Source of the DNA: a virus
Taxonomy: Duplodnaviria; Caudoviricetes
Length of the DNA: 59,371 nt
Reading direction: 5' to 3' (one strand)
Virus record (IMG/VR): IMGVR_UViG_3300032234_000591
Span: 1 to 59,371 of that record
The notes below the pieces were generated by a model. It was not told where the DNA came from. It made no database searches and saw only the letters and a program-made list of their open reading frames with translations. Numbering within the stretch: position 1 is the stretch's first letter; each line of letters begins with the position of its first letter. Made by a program: the position numbers and the translations under genes. Shown here in pieces: positions 21,050 through 31,274 of this stretch.

Positions 21050-24000
21050 TACAAACCAACCTTATTGCTCTTATTATTTTTGCTTACTTCAAGCTTTAAC
21101 TTTCTTATAACTTCGTTTGCTACACCTTCGGCATTTGCATTATTGCTTGTTATTGGCATATTTATATTATACACTGTACCACCAGAATTTGTGCTAATTG
21201 TTGCGGTACCATTATTTACCGCATTCATTGCAGCTACACCGTAATCTTTTACAGATGATGCTTTTACAACAAACTCTCCATCTGAGACTCTTATTTGTCC
21301 TCCACCAGCATAACCAAGAGTTGCTCTAATTGAATCTGATGTACCTGTTCCTGGACCCTTAATTAATCCACCCATTGATTTTTTAATAGGATTATCTAGA
21401 TTAATTTGCCCAAATTGAGAAAAATCTATTTGTTTGTTATCTAAATTAAACTTTTCTCTTATTGATAAAATATCTCTTCTTGCTATATACGAATTCATTC
21501 CTGAAATCTTTGGCTGCATTATATCATAAGCTGCAAGGCTGTAGGGGTCGCTACCATATGCGTGTCCCCAGTCTACACCTTCTACATTTGTTCTTTTATC
21601 TACATCAGATAGTATATGTATTAGTTCATGGGCTGCAAGGTCTCTAGGAATATTTTTAAAGATTGGTAGTTTATACGCCCAGTCTTTATTTTGTGGAAGA
21701 TTAATTTGTCCAAGGGCTCCACCTTCACCAGTTCCTGCACTAGCACCTTTGTCATTATTATTTTTAAATTTAACATCTATAAAATCACTAAATGTTGGTA
21801 CTTTGTCTTTAGATGAAACTGGTATAAATTGTAGTCCCGTCTCATTAGAAAGCATTTGTAGTGCATCCATTAATGGCTTAGAGTTTTTAGATCTTTGCTT
21901 TGGGTCTTTTGCTGGGTCATGAATGTTTACATAGACGGCTGATCCACTATTAGTTGGAAAAATTTCTCCCTCAGCATTTCTTTGCTTATATGCTCCAGCC
22001 ATAGTTTTAAACTGGGACATAATTCCAACTGGTCCAAGGGGTGCTGTTTTTAATAAATTCTTTATCAGTCCTGTCCAGCTTTTATCTTTAGGAGAAATTA
22101 AATTATTTTTAGCTAGTCCACCATCTGCAAAGCGTGGAACTAATCCACCCATAGCATAGCCCATCTGTTTCATTCTATTAATTAATTCTTTATTAGTTTC
22201 TTGTGGCATAACAAAATTTTTATACTTTTTGCGTTGTTCAAGGAATCTGTCACGGCTTGTTCTATAATTTGTATCACGTTCCTGACGTGTTATTTTACGA
22301 GCTTCAGAACCATCTGGAAGGTAAACTTGATTAGGATCTTTAACTAAGCCACCTTCTGCATAACCCATCGCCTTTAGTCTATTAATTAATTCTTTATTGG
22401 TTTCTTGTGGCATAATAAAGTCTTTATACTTTTTACGCTGTGCAAGGAATCTATCACGACCTATTCTATAATTAGCATCACGTTCCTGGCGTGTCATCTT
22501 ACGGGCTTCAACGCCATCTGGAAGGTAAGTTTTGTTAGGATCTTGGATTAGTCCACCATCTGCAAATCTTCCAGCATTAAGTTTGTCCATAAAACCTGTG
22601 CCATATTTCTTGACGGATTTTGCTTTAATAACATACTCACCATTTGAAAGGTATGCTGGTATAGAATCAGATGTTCCAGTACCAGCACCTCTGATCATTC
22701 CGCCACTAGCAGCCTTTTTCTTATTAGGTATTTTTGCAGCCTCTGCCTTAGTAAGAGGAGCTCCACCACTAATATCTTCTGCTCTGTTCTTTAATCTAGC
22801 AATCTCAGCATCTTTCTTTCTTAGCTCTGTTTCTAAATTAAACTCCATTTGCACATTTTGTGCTTGCTGCTGGATTGATGCTGCCTTTATATAATCTCCA
22901 GATATCTTTGCTAACACTCCCTCTTTAGCAAGATCTTTTAATTTTGTTTCTAGGTCTATTTGTCTTTGTATTTCATCATTAGCAGTCTTTTGTGCATCAC
23001 GTTTTCTTTCAAGACCCTGAATTTCTTTATCTAGTATTTTTAGATATGCCTTTGATGCTGCACTTATGCCATCTGTTCCATCTTCATAATCTTTATAATC
23101 ATTATTATTAAAAATTTTGTTGATTTCTTCTCTTGCTGCTGCAAGATTATCAACATAATCTTTAAAATCTTTGCCCTTCATCAATGCACCTAGTAGCATA
23201 GAGTCAGTTGCATAACGACGTGCTAATGCTCTTTGACCTTCATCTGGAAATAAATCTGTTCTAAGACTATCAAGATTTTTACCTTGAGCAGCTAACATCT
23301 CTAGGGCAAGATGCATCATTGTGTAATCAGCAGCTGTTGCTGTTGCAGCTTTTCCACTTTCCTTAATAATACGTTCTATTAATGCAAATCTTTCAATAAG
23401 TGCATCATCTCCACTTGCTTTTATTGAAGCCTGTAATGCTAAAACTCCAGTCTTTGCATCAACTGATGATCTAGTAAAAGCTTGAAGTCTTTCTTGTATT
23501 TGATCATACGTAAGTGCTCCGTTGCTTAAAACTCCGAAGAAAGAAAACATTTGATCTGCAAGATTCTTAGCACTATCTCTTAGTTCGTCATAATCTTTTG
23601 CAACATTTCCAGTTGGTCCCTCAAGGAAAGTAAAAGATCCGCCTGCTTGATTAACTGCATCGCCAAGCTTACTAAAACTTGCTTCTGTAGCTGTTGATGA
23701 ATCTATTACATCTTTAGAAATAGATTTCCATACTGCTCCAAACTCATTGGCTCTACCTGCTGCTTCCATAAGTGCATATACATATTTTTGAGCATTTGCA
23801 GGATCAAGGCCACCTATTGCTATAGCTGTAGTAACCTGAGATCTCATATTTCCACGAAGAGTATTTAAGCTTTGACCTTGCTTAGATATGTTTTTAATAA
23901 AAAGTGATATTGGATCATCTTCAGGAAGTTTTTTAAGGTCATCAATAATTGCTTGAACCTCTGGAGATAAAAGACCAAATTTATCTCTTAAATTTAATGA

Positions 24001-27000
24001 TGCATTACTTAGTTCTGTTACCTTTATCTTTGTATCTAAAACCTTATCTCCAAATGCTGTTATAAGGCTATTTGAAACAGTAAATGTTGATTTAGTGATT
24101 GCAGCATGTTCTTTTTGTTTTGCAATTAATCCAGTAAAGGCGGATGTAACTGCTCCAATTGTTGCACCTAATGCCATTCCTTGTGGTCCAAAAAACATAC
24201 CAAGATTTGCTCCAGCTAATGCTCCTTGTGCTATACCTTTGCCAGCAAAATCTGGTGTCATTGAAAGACCCATATTTAATCCAAGTAGGCCAACACCTCC
24301 ACCCATTGAGTTTAGCCTATTGCCAGCTCCTTTAGCTATAGATGTAAATCTAGAAGGTCCTTTTGGTGTTGGAGAAGTATTTGGTGGTGTAGCAGGTCCT
24401 CCAGGAATAACTCCAACAATACTAGAACCTGCTGCTGTTGCACTTGTAGGTGGTCCCTGTAGTCTGGTTGCAACTCTACGTCTCTTGCTTTGCTTTGTAG
24501 CTTCTTTATCTCTTGCTGTTGCATATGCCCTTGCATCATCTCTTCCATCTTTTGATGCTTGTGCATGAGGGCTTTTTCTATCTCTTGAAGCAATATAAGG
24601 ATCAGCGATTGCAACTTTATCTAATCCAATCTTATATGCATTACCAGTTTTTATTCCAGCCTTTTCTGCTTCTTTGGCAAACTCTGCTGAAAAAGCTGCT
24701 ACGTCTCCCTTTAAGCTTGCAAGTCTAATCTTGACTTCTTTAGAAAATTGATTATAGACTAATGCAGCATCCCTAGAAGATAAACCAATTTGAGCTGCCA
24801 TTGGGTTAGTAATTTTAAATCTTGCATTTCTTGTATATGGAACGTTTTCTGCTCCCACAGATCTTTCCATACCAGCATAATATGCTCCAGACTTTCTAAA
24901 CTTAGTATATGGATCTTTGCTAATAGGAACTCTAGAATCAGTTCTAGGATCAGTTACTGCAGTAACCTCCCTCATTCTTGTTCTAGCAGCTCTTACACGA
25001 TCATCTGTCTTTGCTACTTCTGCATATGCATCATCTACTAATTTATCTAGTTCTTCTGCAGTTACTACTGCTTTATCTCCCAGCTTTTTAAATCCAGCCT
25101 CAATGCTATCTGTTACCTTTTGATTAATTGATCTAATTTCTTCAATTGGAACTCCTGCTTGTTCTAGCTGTCTTTGTAATTCAATATCTCTTGTTGCTGC
25201 ACCGCTACCTATTAAGTCTTGCTTAGCTAAAGCAATTGGTGCTGTTTTTCCGCTTCCAGTTTTTCCTACTGCTCTATTTAATTCTGTTGATGTTGCTGTT
25301 ACTTCATTGGTAAATACAGTAAAGAGTCTATCAAGTCCTCCTTCAACTTCTGCAACCATTGTGCGAATTTGTCTTGCAAAAGCAGTATCAAGACCTTCAA
25401 CCATTGAAAGAAGTTCTGCACCAGTTCTATATGAGCTTCCACCAAAGTGGGCTGCTGCAAATCCTCCTGGAATATCAACAGCAGTTCCAGTTTTTGGAAG
25501 ACCACGCTTATATCCAGGAACCTCATCAGCAATCATTGCATTAATAAGACCGCCATACTTCTTGCTCATTCTTGTTGGGATTACTGTTTCTCCAGGCATG
25601 AGTAGTGCTAATTCTGAATCTTTATTTCCTGTACCGCCAACAACTGCTGGCTTTCCACTTGCAAACTTTTTAACTGGTCCACGAGTAAGTGGTGGAGCCA
25701 CTGGAATAAACTGTGATTGAGCGGCAATTGCTCTTTGATATGCCTGCGTTAATCCATTAACAGCTGCTGCTTCAGATGTAAATGTCTGTGAAAGCTTAAC
25801 GTGAATCTGATCAAGAGATGCTGCAACAGCTGCTGCATTTCTTTGTTCAGTAGTCATATACTCAACTTGAGTTCCTAGAGTTGCGGTTGATCTTCCAGTT
25901 CTATCAAATAATGTTTTTACGAATGTAAAGCCTTTAATTATGTTTGCAATACCGTTTGCAAGCAAACCAAATGTCATCAAAAATACTGGGCCAAGACCTG
26001 CAACAACTGCAGTAATAGTTACTATAATTTTTTTAGTATTATCGCTTAGATTGTTAAACTTATCTATTATCTTTGTAATAAATTCAGCAATCGGTGTTGC
26101 TGCCTTCAAAAATTCTTCTCCAAGTGGAACTAGTGCTACCTTTAAATTTTCAACAGCGCCCTTAAATTTATTCATAGCAGACTCTGAAGTCATACCTAAT
26201 TCTTTTTCTGATAATGCTGCTAGCTCTTGTACTGATGCTCCTGCTAGATCAAGAACACGTGCTGCCTGTGTTCCTTCTTGTGTTACGTTTGCAAATAATG
26301 TAGAAAGACGAGAGAACTGAAATTTTCCAAATAGTTGTTCAATTGCCTGTGCTCTGTTAAGAGGATCAAGCTGATTAAGTGCAGTTGCAAACTCAATAAC
26401 AGTTTTCTTTAAATCACCCTTATTGTCTACAACTATCTTTTTTACATTAATGCCAAAGCTTTCAAGCATTGCAGCTGCTTTTCCAGTTGGATTAATAATA
26501 GATGCAAGACCAGACTTAAGTGCGTTAGCACCTTCTGATGCATTAATACCGCCTTCTTTCATGGCTGTCATAAAGAATGCTAAATCTTTTACGTCTCCAC
26601 CAAGTTGCTGAACAATAGGTGCTGCTTTTGGAATTGCTGTTGACACATCATCAAGAGATAAGACTGTTTGGTTTTCTACTGCGTTCAAAAAGTCAATTGA
26701 TTCCGCAAGGTTTTCAGAAGACATTGCAAAGGCATTTTGCAATGATATAGTTGTTTCAAGTGCTTTTTGGCTTTCTACCTGACCAAGAATAGAAAGCTTG
26801 GTTGCTGCAGCTGTTTGTCTTTGTAGATCAAGACCCTGAAAACCTGCAGCAGCTGCTTCGGCTGCTAATCCAACAGTAGTTGAAACAGCGATACCATATT
26901 TAGTAAATTCTTTACCAAGATCTTGAATGTCTTTTAATGCTTGTGCTGATTCTTCCTGTGGTGTAAATAAATCTCCATACACCTTTTTAAATCTAATTGC

Positions 27001-27654
27001 TTGTGTTTCCATATCCATAAATGTTTTGGAAGCAGCAGAGCCAAGGGCAATAAGCGGTAAGGTAAAACCAACCATAAGCTGGCGACCAGCCCACTGAGTA
27101 TTTTTACCAAAGTTAAGAAGATTTGTTGACCCTTGCTTTAAAAGCTGGTTCATTATTGCTTGCTTTTGAGCAGCTATTTGTGTTCTTGTACCAAGATCAG
27201 TCATGTCAAGAGCAAGAGGTCTAACAGCAATTGCCTTCATTGCTCCGCTAGCATCACGGCCCATACGTATATATTGTGTCTGTAAATCTTTTACATTTTC
27301 TCTTGCTACCTTGTTTATAGTATCCTGTTCGGTCTTAAACAATCTACCGAAAGTTTTTGTTGCACCGCCAGCGTACCTAAAGTATTCCCCTAGTGAAAAT
27401 TTGTTTTTTTCTAGAGCACTAGTAAAAGATTCAGTGGTAGTTCTTATTGTTTTTATTGATGCTGAAAACTGCCCAGTAGCATTTACTGAGTTTATTAATG
27501 TTTGCTGAAGTTGAGTAGATACTGCATTTGCTGCAGCTCCGCCCTTAGCCAAAGAAGAGTGAAAGGCTGATATCTGTCTCTGTAAGTTTTTGATACTGGC
27601 AAGTGCATCAGTAGTATCAATACTTATTTGAATATTGGACTGAGCATCAGCCAT
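21049..27654 (-). CDS. tape measure protein with C-terminal accessory domains
   Basis: 2201 aa Ala/Gly-rich helical protein, core AMKEGGINASEGANALKSGL...AIEQLFGK, downstream of the tail tube and chaperones. Confidence 0.93.
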   Translation of the reverse strand: MADAQSNIQISIDTTDALASIKNLQRQISAFHSSLAKGGAAANAVSTQLQQTLINSVNATGQFSASIKTIRTTTESFTSALEKNKFSLGEYFRYAGGATKTFGRLFKTEQDTINKVARENVKDLQTQYIRMGRDASGAMKAIAVRPLALDMTDLGTRTQIAAQKQAIMNQLLKQGSTNLLNFGKNTQWAGRQLMVGFTLPLIALGSAASKTFMDMETQAIRFKKVYGDLFTPQEESAQALKDIQDLGKEFTKYGIAVSTTVGLAAEAAAAGFQGLDLQRQTAAATKLSILGQVESQKALETTISLQNAFAMSSENLAESIDFLNAVENQTVLSLDDVSTAIPKAAPIVQQLGGDVKDLAFFMTAMKEGGINASEGANALKSGLASIINPTGKAAAMLESFGINVKKIVVDNKGDLKKTVIEFATALNQLDPLNRAQAIEQLFGKFQFSRLSTLFANVTQEGTQAARVLDLAGASVQELAALSEKELGMTSESAMNKFKGAVENLKVALVPLGEEFLKAATPIAEFITKIIDKFNNLSDNTKKIIVTITAVVAGLGPVFLMTFGLLANGIANIIKGFTFVKTLFDRTGRSTATLGTQVEYMTTEQRNAAAVAASLDQIHVKLSQTFTSEAAAVNGLTQAYQRAIAAQSQFIPVAPPLTRGPVKKFASGKPAVVGGTGNKDSELALLMPGETVIPTRMSKKYGGLINAMIADEVPGYKRGLPKTGTAVDIPGGFAAAHFGGSSYRTGAELLSMVEGLDTAFARQIRTMVAEVEGGLDRLFTVFTNEVTATSTELNRAVGKTGSGKTAPIALAKQDLIGSGAATRDIELQRQLEQAGVPIEEIRSINQKVTDSIEAGFKKLGDKAVVTAEELDKLVDDAYAEVAKTDDRVRAARTRMREVTAVTDPRTDSRVPISKDPYTKFRKSGAYYAGMERSVGAENVPYTRNARFKITNPMAAQIGLSSRDAALVYNQFSKEVKIRLASLKGDVAAFSAEFAKEAEKAGIKTGNAYKIGLDKVAIADPYIASRDRKSPHAQASKDGRDDARAYATARDKEATKQSKRRRVATRLQGPPTSATAAGSSIVGVIPGGPATPPNTSPTPKGPSRFTSIAKGAGNRLNSMGGGVGLLGLNMGLSMTPDFAGKGIAQGALAGANLGMFFGPQGMALGATIGAVTSAFTGLIAKQKEHAAITKSTFTVSNSLITAFGDKVLDTKIKVTELSNASLNLRDKFGLLSPEVQAIIDDLKKLPEDDPISLFIKNISKQGQSLNTLRGNMRSQVTTAIAIGGLDPANAQKYVYALMEAAGRANEFGAVWKSISKDVIDSSTATEASFSKLGDAVNQAGGSFTFLEGPTGNVAKDYDELRDSAKNLADQMFSFFGVLSNGALTYDQIQERLQAFTRSSVDAKTGVLALQASIKASGDDALIERFALIERIIKESGKAATATAADYTMMHLALEMLAAQGKNLDSLRTDLFPDEGQRALARRYATDSMLLGALMKGKDFKDYVDNLAAAREEINKIFNNNDYKDYEDGTDGISAASKAYLKILDKEIQGLERKRDAQKTANDEIQRQIDLETKLKDLAKEGVLAKISGDYIKAASIQQQAQNVQMEFNLETELRKKDAEIARLKNRAEDISGGAPLTKAEAAKIPNKKKAASGGMIRGAGTGTSDSIPAYLSNGEYVIKAKSVKKYGTGFMDKLNAGRFADGGLIQDPNKTYLPDGVEARKMTRQERDANYRIGRDRFLAQRKKYKDFIMPQETNKELINRLKAMGYAEGGLVKDPNQVYLPDGSEARKITRQERDTNYRTSRDRFLEQRKKYKNFVMPQETNKELINRMKQMGYAMGGLVPRFADGGLAKNNLISPKDKSWTGLIKNLLKTAPLGPVGIMSQFKTMAGAYKQRNAEGEIFPTNSGSAVYVNIHDPAKDPKQRSKNSKPLMDALQMLSNETGLQFIPVSSKDKVPTFSDFIDVKFKNNNDKGASAGTGEGGALGQINLPQNKDWAYKLPIFKNIPRDLAAHELIHILSDVDKRTNVEGVDWGHAYGSDPYSLAAYDIMQPKISGMNSYIARRDILSIREKFNLDNKQIDFSQFGQINLDNPIKKSMGGLIKGPGTGTSDSIRATLGYAGGGQIRVSDGEFVVKASSVKDYGVAAMNAVNNGTATISTNSGGTVYNINMPITSNNANAEGVANEVIRKLKLEVSKNNKSNKVGL
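22159..22566 (-). repeat. 2 x 204-bp (68-aa) tandem repeat inside the tape measure
   Basis: FADGGLIQDPNKTYLPDGVEARKMTRQERDANYR...KAMG followed by YAEGGLVKDPNQVYLPDGSEARKITRQERDTNYR...KQMG; unit starts at 22566, 22362 and 22158. Confidence 0.95.
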
Positions 27655-27678
27655 TCACTATACCTCTTTATTTAGTTA

Positions 27679-28002
27679 TTATTCATTACCGCTAAACATT
27701 GCTGCTGCATCAGAAATCTTGATTCCTGAAGCTACTTCAACAATCTCATAGACAGTAGGTAGATCAATGTTCTCTTCAAGTACTGAAATGTCTGTAGCTA
27801 GCTCTGGCTTATATTGCTCCATTGCAATTAGAACACATTCCATTAGTAGGTCAATAGACTTTTCATTGTCATCTACTACTGCTGCAATACCCTCAAACTT
27901 CTTCATAAACTTTCTCAAAAGTGAAATTTTAAGTGGTCTGAGTGTTATTTCTGTACCATCAATTAGCTTAATCTTTTGCGCTTCATGCACAGTTGTTGCC
28001 AT
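27679..28002 (-). CDS. tail assembly chaperone (G-like, short paralog)
   Basis: Directly before the tape measure; start MATTVHE has a GGGAGG SD; homologous to the N-terminal half of 28030..28746. Confidence 0.75.
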   Translation of the reverse strand: MATTVHEAQKIKLIDGTEITLRPLKISLLRKFMKKFEGIAAVVDDNEKSIDLLMECVLIAMEQYKPELATDISVLEENIDLPTVYEIVEVASGIKISDAAAMFSGNE

Positions 28003-28029
28003 GTTGATCCCTCCCATAGGTTTAGATAA

Positions 28030-28746
28030 TTATACCATAAGAGACGGGTCTCTCGCATCTTCATAGTCTAGACCCATCCCAATTCCAAATCCTGCTTTTC
28101 TAGCATTCTGTCCTTGCAAAGCTAAAATATCATTGCTATCATTTGTTGCACCACGACTGAAGACTCTTGCTTTAAGATCTTCCCATTCTTTTTGCCCACG
28201 TCCAGAATCTGTCTGCTGATCCAAATCAATTCCTTGTATTGCTGCAAAAAATTTTTTTTCTTCATAGTCCAGCTCTCTTTTGCTAGATATGATTGCCATA
28301 ATTTCTGATAAGGATAATGATGCTTCTAGCTCTTTATAGTCTTTCCATATACCAAGTAAAAAGACCTCAGACTCTAGCTTTGCTAAATCAAAGTCTTCCC
28401 ATGATGGCCCTGGGTCTGATTTTTGTGCCTGCGTCTTTATATCTTCTTCTGATTCCCCGCCAACCTTTATATTTCCAGCAATATCCAATATCTCATGCAC
28501 TGTTGGTAGGTCTATATTATTTTCTAGATCTTCAATACTTGTAGATATTTGAGGATAATATTGTTTCATTGCAATTCTGGTACATTCTACTAAAACATGC
28601 ATTGCCTCATCATCATTTTTGGTTCGCTTAATCTGACTAAATGCATCCATAAATTCTCTTAGATATTTAATCTTAAGTGGCATGATCTCTATCTCTGTAC
28701 CATCAAACAAGTAAATATTTTTTGTTTTATATATTTCTGTAGCCAT
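28030..28746 (-). CDS. tail assembly chaperone (GT-like, long paralog)
   Basis: Between tail tube and tape measure; N-terminal ~95 aa align with the 27679..28002 product, followed by an extra C-terminal domain. Confidence 0.75.
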   Translation of the reverse strand: MATEIYKTKNIYLFDGTEIEIMPLKIKYLREFMDAFSQIKRTKNDDEAMHVLVECTRIAMKQYYPQISTSIEDLENNIDLPTVHEILDIAGNIKVGGESEEDIKTQAQKSDPGPSWEDFDLAKLESEVFLLGIWKDYKELEASLSLSEIMAIISSKRELDYEEKKFFAAIQGIDLDQQTDSGRGQKEWEDLKARVFSRGATNDSNDILALQGQNARKAGFGIGMGLDYEDARDPSLMV

Positions 28747-28765
28747 GATATATTAAGTTTACCAT

Positions 28766-28799
28766 AAAACAACAAAGCCCACCTCAAAAGAGATGGGCT
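28766..28799 (-). terminator. intrinsic terminator after the major tail gene
   Basis: Minus strand AGCCCATCTC-TTTT-GAGGTGGGCT followed by TTGTTGTTTT. Confidence 0.8.
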
Positions 28800-28818
28800 A
28801 AGTCGTATTATTAAGTTG

Positions 28819-29454
28819 TTATGAAGCTGCTTCCCAAGTACGATCAACGATCTTACCGTATGATCCTGATGCATCCTCTGGTAGAAGACGGAATGAAACT
28901 TCAAACATTGAAGCCTCATCACGCTTTGCAGATACTGTTACGTTCTCAATTGAGAGTGCACGGTATGCTGAATAGACACGCTCTACGTAAGCAGAATCAG
29001 CACAGTCACCTGTTCCTGGTCCTACTGCTACGATACCACGCTCTACTGGACATTCTCCAATGTCACCTGCAGAAAGGTCAAGTGCCAATCCGTCAGATGC
29101 TCCCTTGTCTCCAGCTAGCTTTGAGCTTGAGTATGCAAGAGCCAAAAGGAGATTCTCCAATGTAGCCTCAGCAAATGCTGTTGCAAGATTTACCTGCATT
29201 CCTTGCTTGTAAAGCTTAGCAACGTCAAGAATTTGGTCTACCTGTACTTCACCGAAGTCAGGCTGGAACTGCAATTCAAGACCGTTCATGGTGTAACCTA
29301 CGTTTGTATACGTATCATCACCTGCGAGAGTCTCACGGAATGATTCATCTGCTACAAAGTCCTCCAGGGTATCTGGAGTCAAAGTTGTGTCTGCAACAAA
29401 AAGTGCTGCTGCTCCAACGATAATGTTGGAAGACGTTCCACGACTGTATGCCAT
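28819..29454 (-). CDS. major tail (tube) protein
   Basis: NIIVGAAALFV, NVGYTMNGLEL, VQVDQ, AEATLENLLLAL; has its own promoter, SD and terminator. Confidence 0.85.
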   Translation of the reverse strand: MAYSRGTSSNIIVGAAALFVADTTLTPDTLEDFVADESFRETLAGDDTYTNVGYTMNGLELQFQPDFGEVQVDQILDVAKLYKQGMQVNLATAFAEATLENLLLALAYSSSKLAGDKGASDGLALDLSAGDIGECPVERGIVAVGPGTGDCADSAYVERVYSAYRALSIENVTVSAKRDEASMFEVSFRLLPEDASGSYGKIVDRTWEAAS

Positions 29455-29516
29455 TTATTCACCTCTTTCTTTTAGAATAGATATTAAGTTGTACGGCGTT
29501 GTGTTTCCTCAAGTCA

Positions 29517-29525
29517 ATTATAACA
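29517..29525 (-). promoter_or_regulatory. extended -10 promoter TGTTATAAT (major tail gene)
   Basis: Recurrent motif in the intergenic gap. Confidence 0.65.
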
Positions 29526-29530
29526 GTCTT

Positions 29531-30157
29531 TTATATAACTATTCTTTTAGTCTTGCCGTTGACTGTTGTAATGTCATACCCTTGTCCAGAGGCAGGAAGG
29601 CTCTCTGGAGCCCAGTCATTTGAGGTTAGATCTGGCATTTGGTGGTACTCAAAGTCAATAATCATCTTATTTCCACCATATGTACGGGCTGTTCCAAAAT
29701 CTATGATATCTCTAGTCTCTTCAAGCTGGTATATCTTAAAGTTATGAAAATAGAACATATTCTCTATATAGTCTGGTATACCCTGAGTTCCTATATTTAT
29801 GACTCTATTTGAGCACCAGTTATTTACTTCTTCTGCTGTCTCATCCAGGCGATCCATCAGTCTGAGTACGGCCTCCTGAATTTTAACCATATTCTCTATT
29901 GTATTTTCTGCTGTTGCATAAAAATAGTACATTATCTGCTCAGACTTTATATGTGGCATAGTTTTTCTATTCATTTTAACAAGTCTGTCCCAAGTACCCA
30001 TTACCCCACCTGCTGGGAACGATCCAGTAAGGTCGTCAAGGATTGATGGAGTTGAAGGAAATAGCGGTACTTCAACATTAGTAAGCAAAGGTATCTTATC
30101 TTCAAGATACTTATTGATCCAGAGTACTGGTGTATTTAAAAGTGAATCATTTGCCAT
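29531..30157 (-). CDS. putative tail terminator / completion protein
   Basis: Synteny only (the gene before the major tail gene). Confidence 0.5.
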   Translation of the reverse strand: MANDSLLNTPVLWINKYLEDKIPLLTNVEVPLFPSTPSILDDLTGSFPAGGVMGTWDRLVKMNRKTMPHIKSEQIMYYFYATAENTIENMVKIQEAVLRLMDRLDETAEEVNNWCSNRVINIGTQGIPDYIENMFYFHNFKIYQLEETRDIIDFGTARTYGGNKMIIDFEYHQMPDLTSNDWAPESLPASGQGYDITTVNGKTKRIVI

Positions 30158-30828
30158 TATTTAATCCCCGCATTCGCTACCCATCTGTAACCAACTTGAA
30201 AACCTTTTGATCTTCCTGTTGATTTTCCTGCTGCTAGATTTCTTTTATATACTTGTGGGTTTTTAAAGTATTCGTAAATTCCGCTTGTTTTTAAAAATGC
30301 CTGAGTAAAGTACCTATTAAAAAATGTGTCTACAACTTTTTGAAAAGCACCTGTAGTTTCTGTACCTCCAGGTGAATTAATAACAACCTCGCCTTTAGTA
30401 AAGATTGTTTCTCCACCATCTTCAAAAACCAACACGTTTGATCTTGTTGGTTTGATGGTTACTGGAGTTCCTTCTTCCATAATTTTAGCCTTGTTATAAA
30501 AAGGTACTGATGAGCCATCCTTAATTGATGTTGATTGCTTCAACGTTGATACAAACGAAAGGCCAAGGTTGCTTATTGTATAGTTTATTTCATATAGACG
30601 TGCATCAGGACTTCCCACTTTATACCATTCATAAATATGGTGTAGTGCTTTTGGATTTACCCTGGCATTTGAGTCAATATATTGTTCTAATAATTCTTTT
30701 GTCATAACTCCAACATTATTTAAAAACTTTACTTTTCCTGCTTTAACTCCATCTAAAAATCCAACAGAATAATTAATAATGTTTTTCATATCTCTTCTAA
30801 ACATTGCATCGTTCATTTTAACTTTCAT
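30157..30828 (-). CDS. putative neck / tail completion protein
   Basis: Synteny; KAKIMEEGTP resembles the HK97 gp10-like E.GT motif. Confidence 0.5.
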   Translation of the reverse strand: MKVKMNDAMFRRDMKNIINYSVGFLDGVKAGKVKFLNNVGVMTKELLEQYIDSNARVNPKALHHIYEWYKVGSPDARLYEINYTISNLGLSFVSTLKQSTSIKDGSSVPFYNKAKIMEEGTPVTIKPTRSNVLVFEDGGETIFTKGEVVINSPGGTETTGAFQKVVDTFFNRYFTQAFLKTSGIYEYFKNPQVYKRNLAAGKSTGRSKGFQVGYRWVANAGIK

Positions 30829-31274
30829 TATAGATCACTTGCCTGATTCTCTGATCTTCTCAGCACAACTTTGTAATATTCAACATTGCCAAATGGACCG
30901 ACTATAGCTTCACTTGATGCTATTTCATAAATAGTAGATTTTCCATCTCTTGGGCCAGAAGTTTCCATATATATGTTGTTCTGTTGCTTTGTTCTAATGT
31001 TAGTAACTATAACATTTGTGATTGAGTTTCTTGAGTTGCTTGCAGAAACTCTAAGGTCAGTCTTTGTTCTTCCAAGCAATATATTTTCTTTACTTATATT
31101 AACATTTGGCTTAACTTCTTCTGAAGCAGCTTGTCCTGTTGGTGCAAAGTTACATGCTATTGATCTATCAAGGACCCATTGCTTTTTTAGGTTGCCGTAA
31201 GCACCCTGATCAACTATTGGATAATAGATGTCTGCAAGCATTGGGAAGGTAAAGTCTGTTGCTTCGCATTGCAT
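30828..31274 (-). CDS. putative head closure (stopper) protein
   Basis: Synteny and size; DQGAYG...W pattern. Confidence 0.5.
   Translation of the reverse strand: MQCEATDFTFPMLADIYYPIVDQGAYGNLKKQWVLDRSIACNFAPTGQAASEEVKPNVNISKENILLGRTKTDLRVSASNSRNSITNVIVTNIRTKQQNNIYMETSGPRDGKSTIYEIASSEAIVGPFGNVEYYKVVLRRSENQASDL

Noticed and set aside
28244-28262. A8/T6 run in the long tail chaperone as a slippery site
   Set aside because: It encodes EKKFF well inside the already in-frame C-terminal domain; no frameshift is needed to make a GT-like product.
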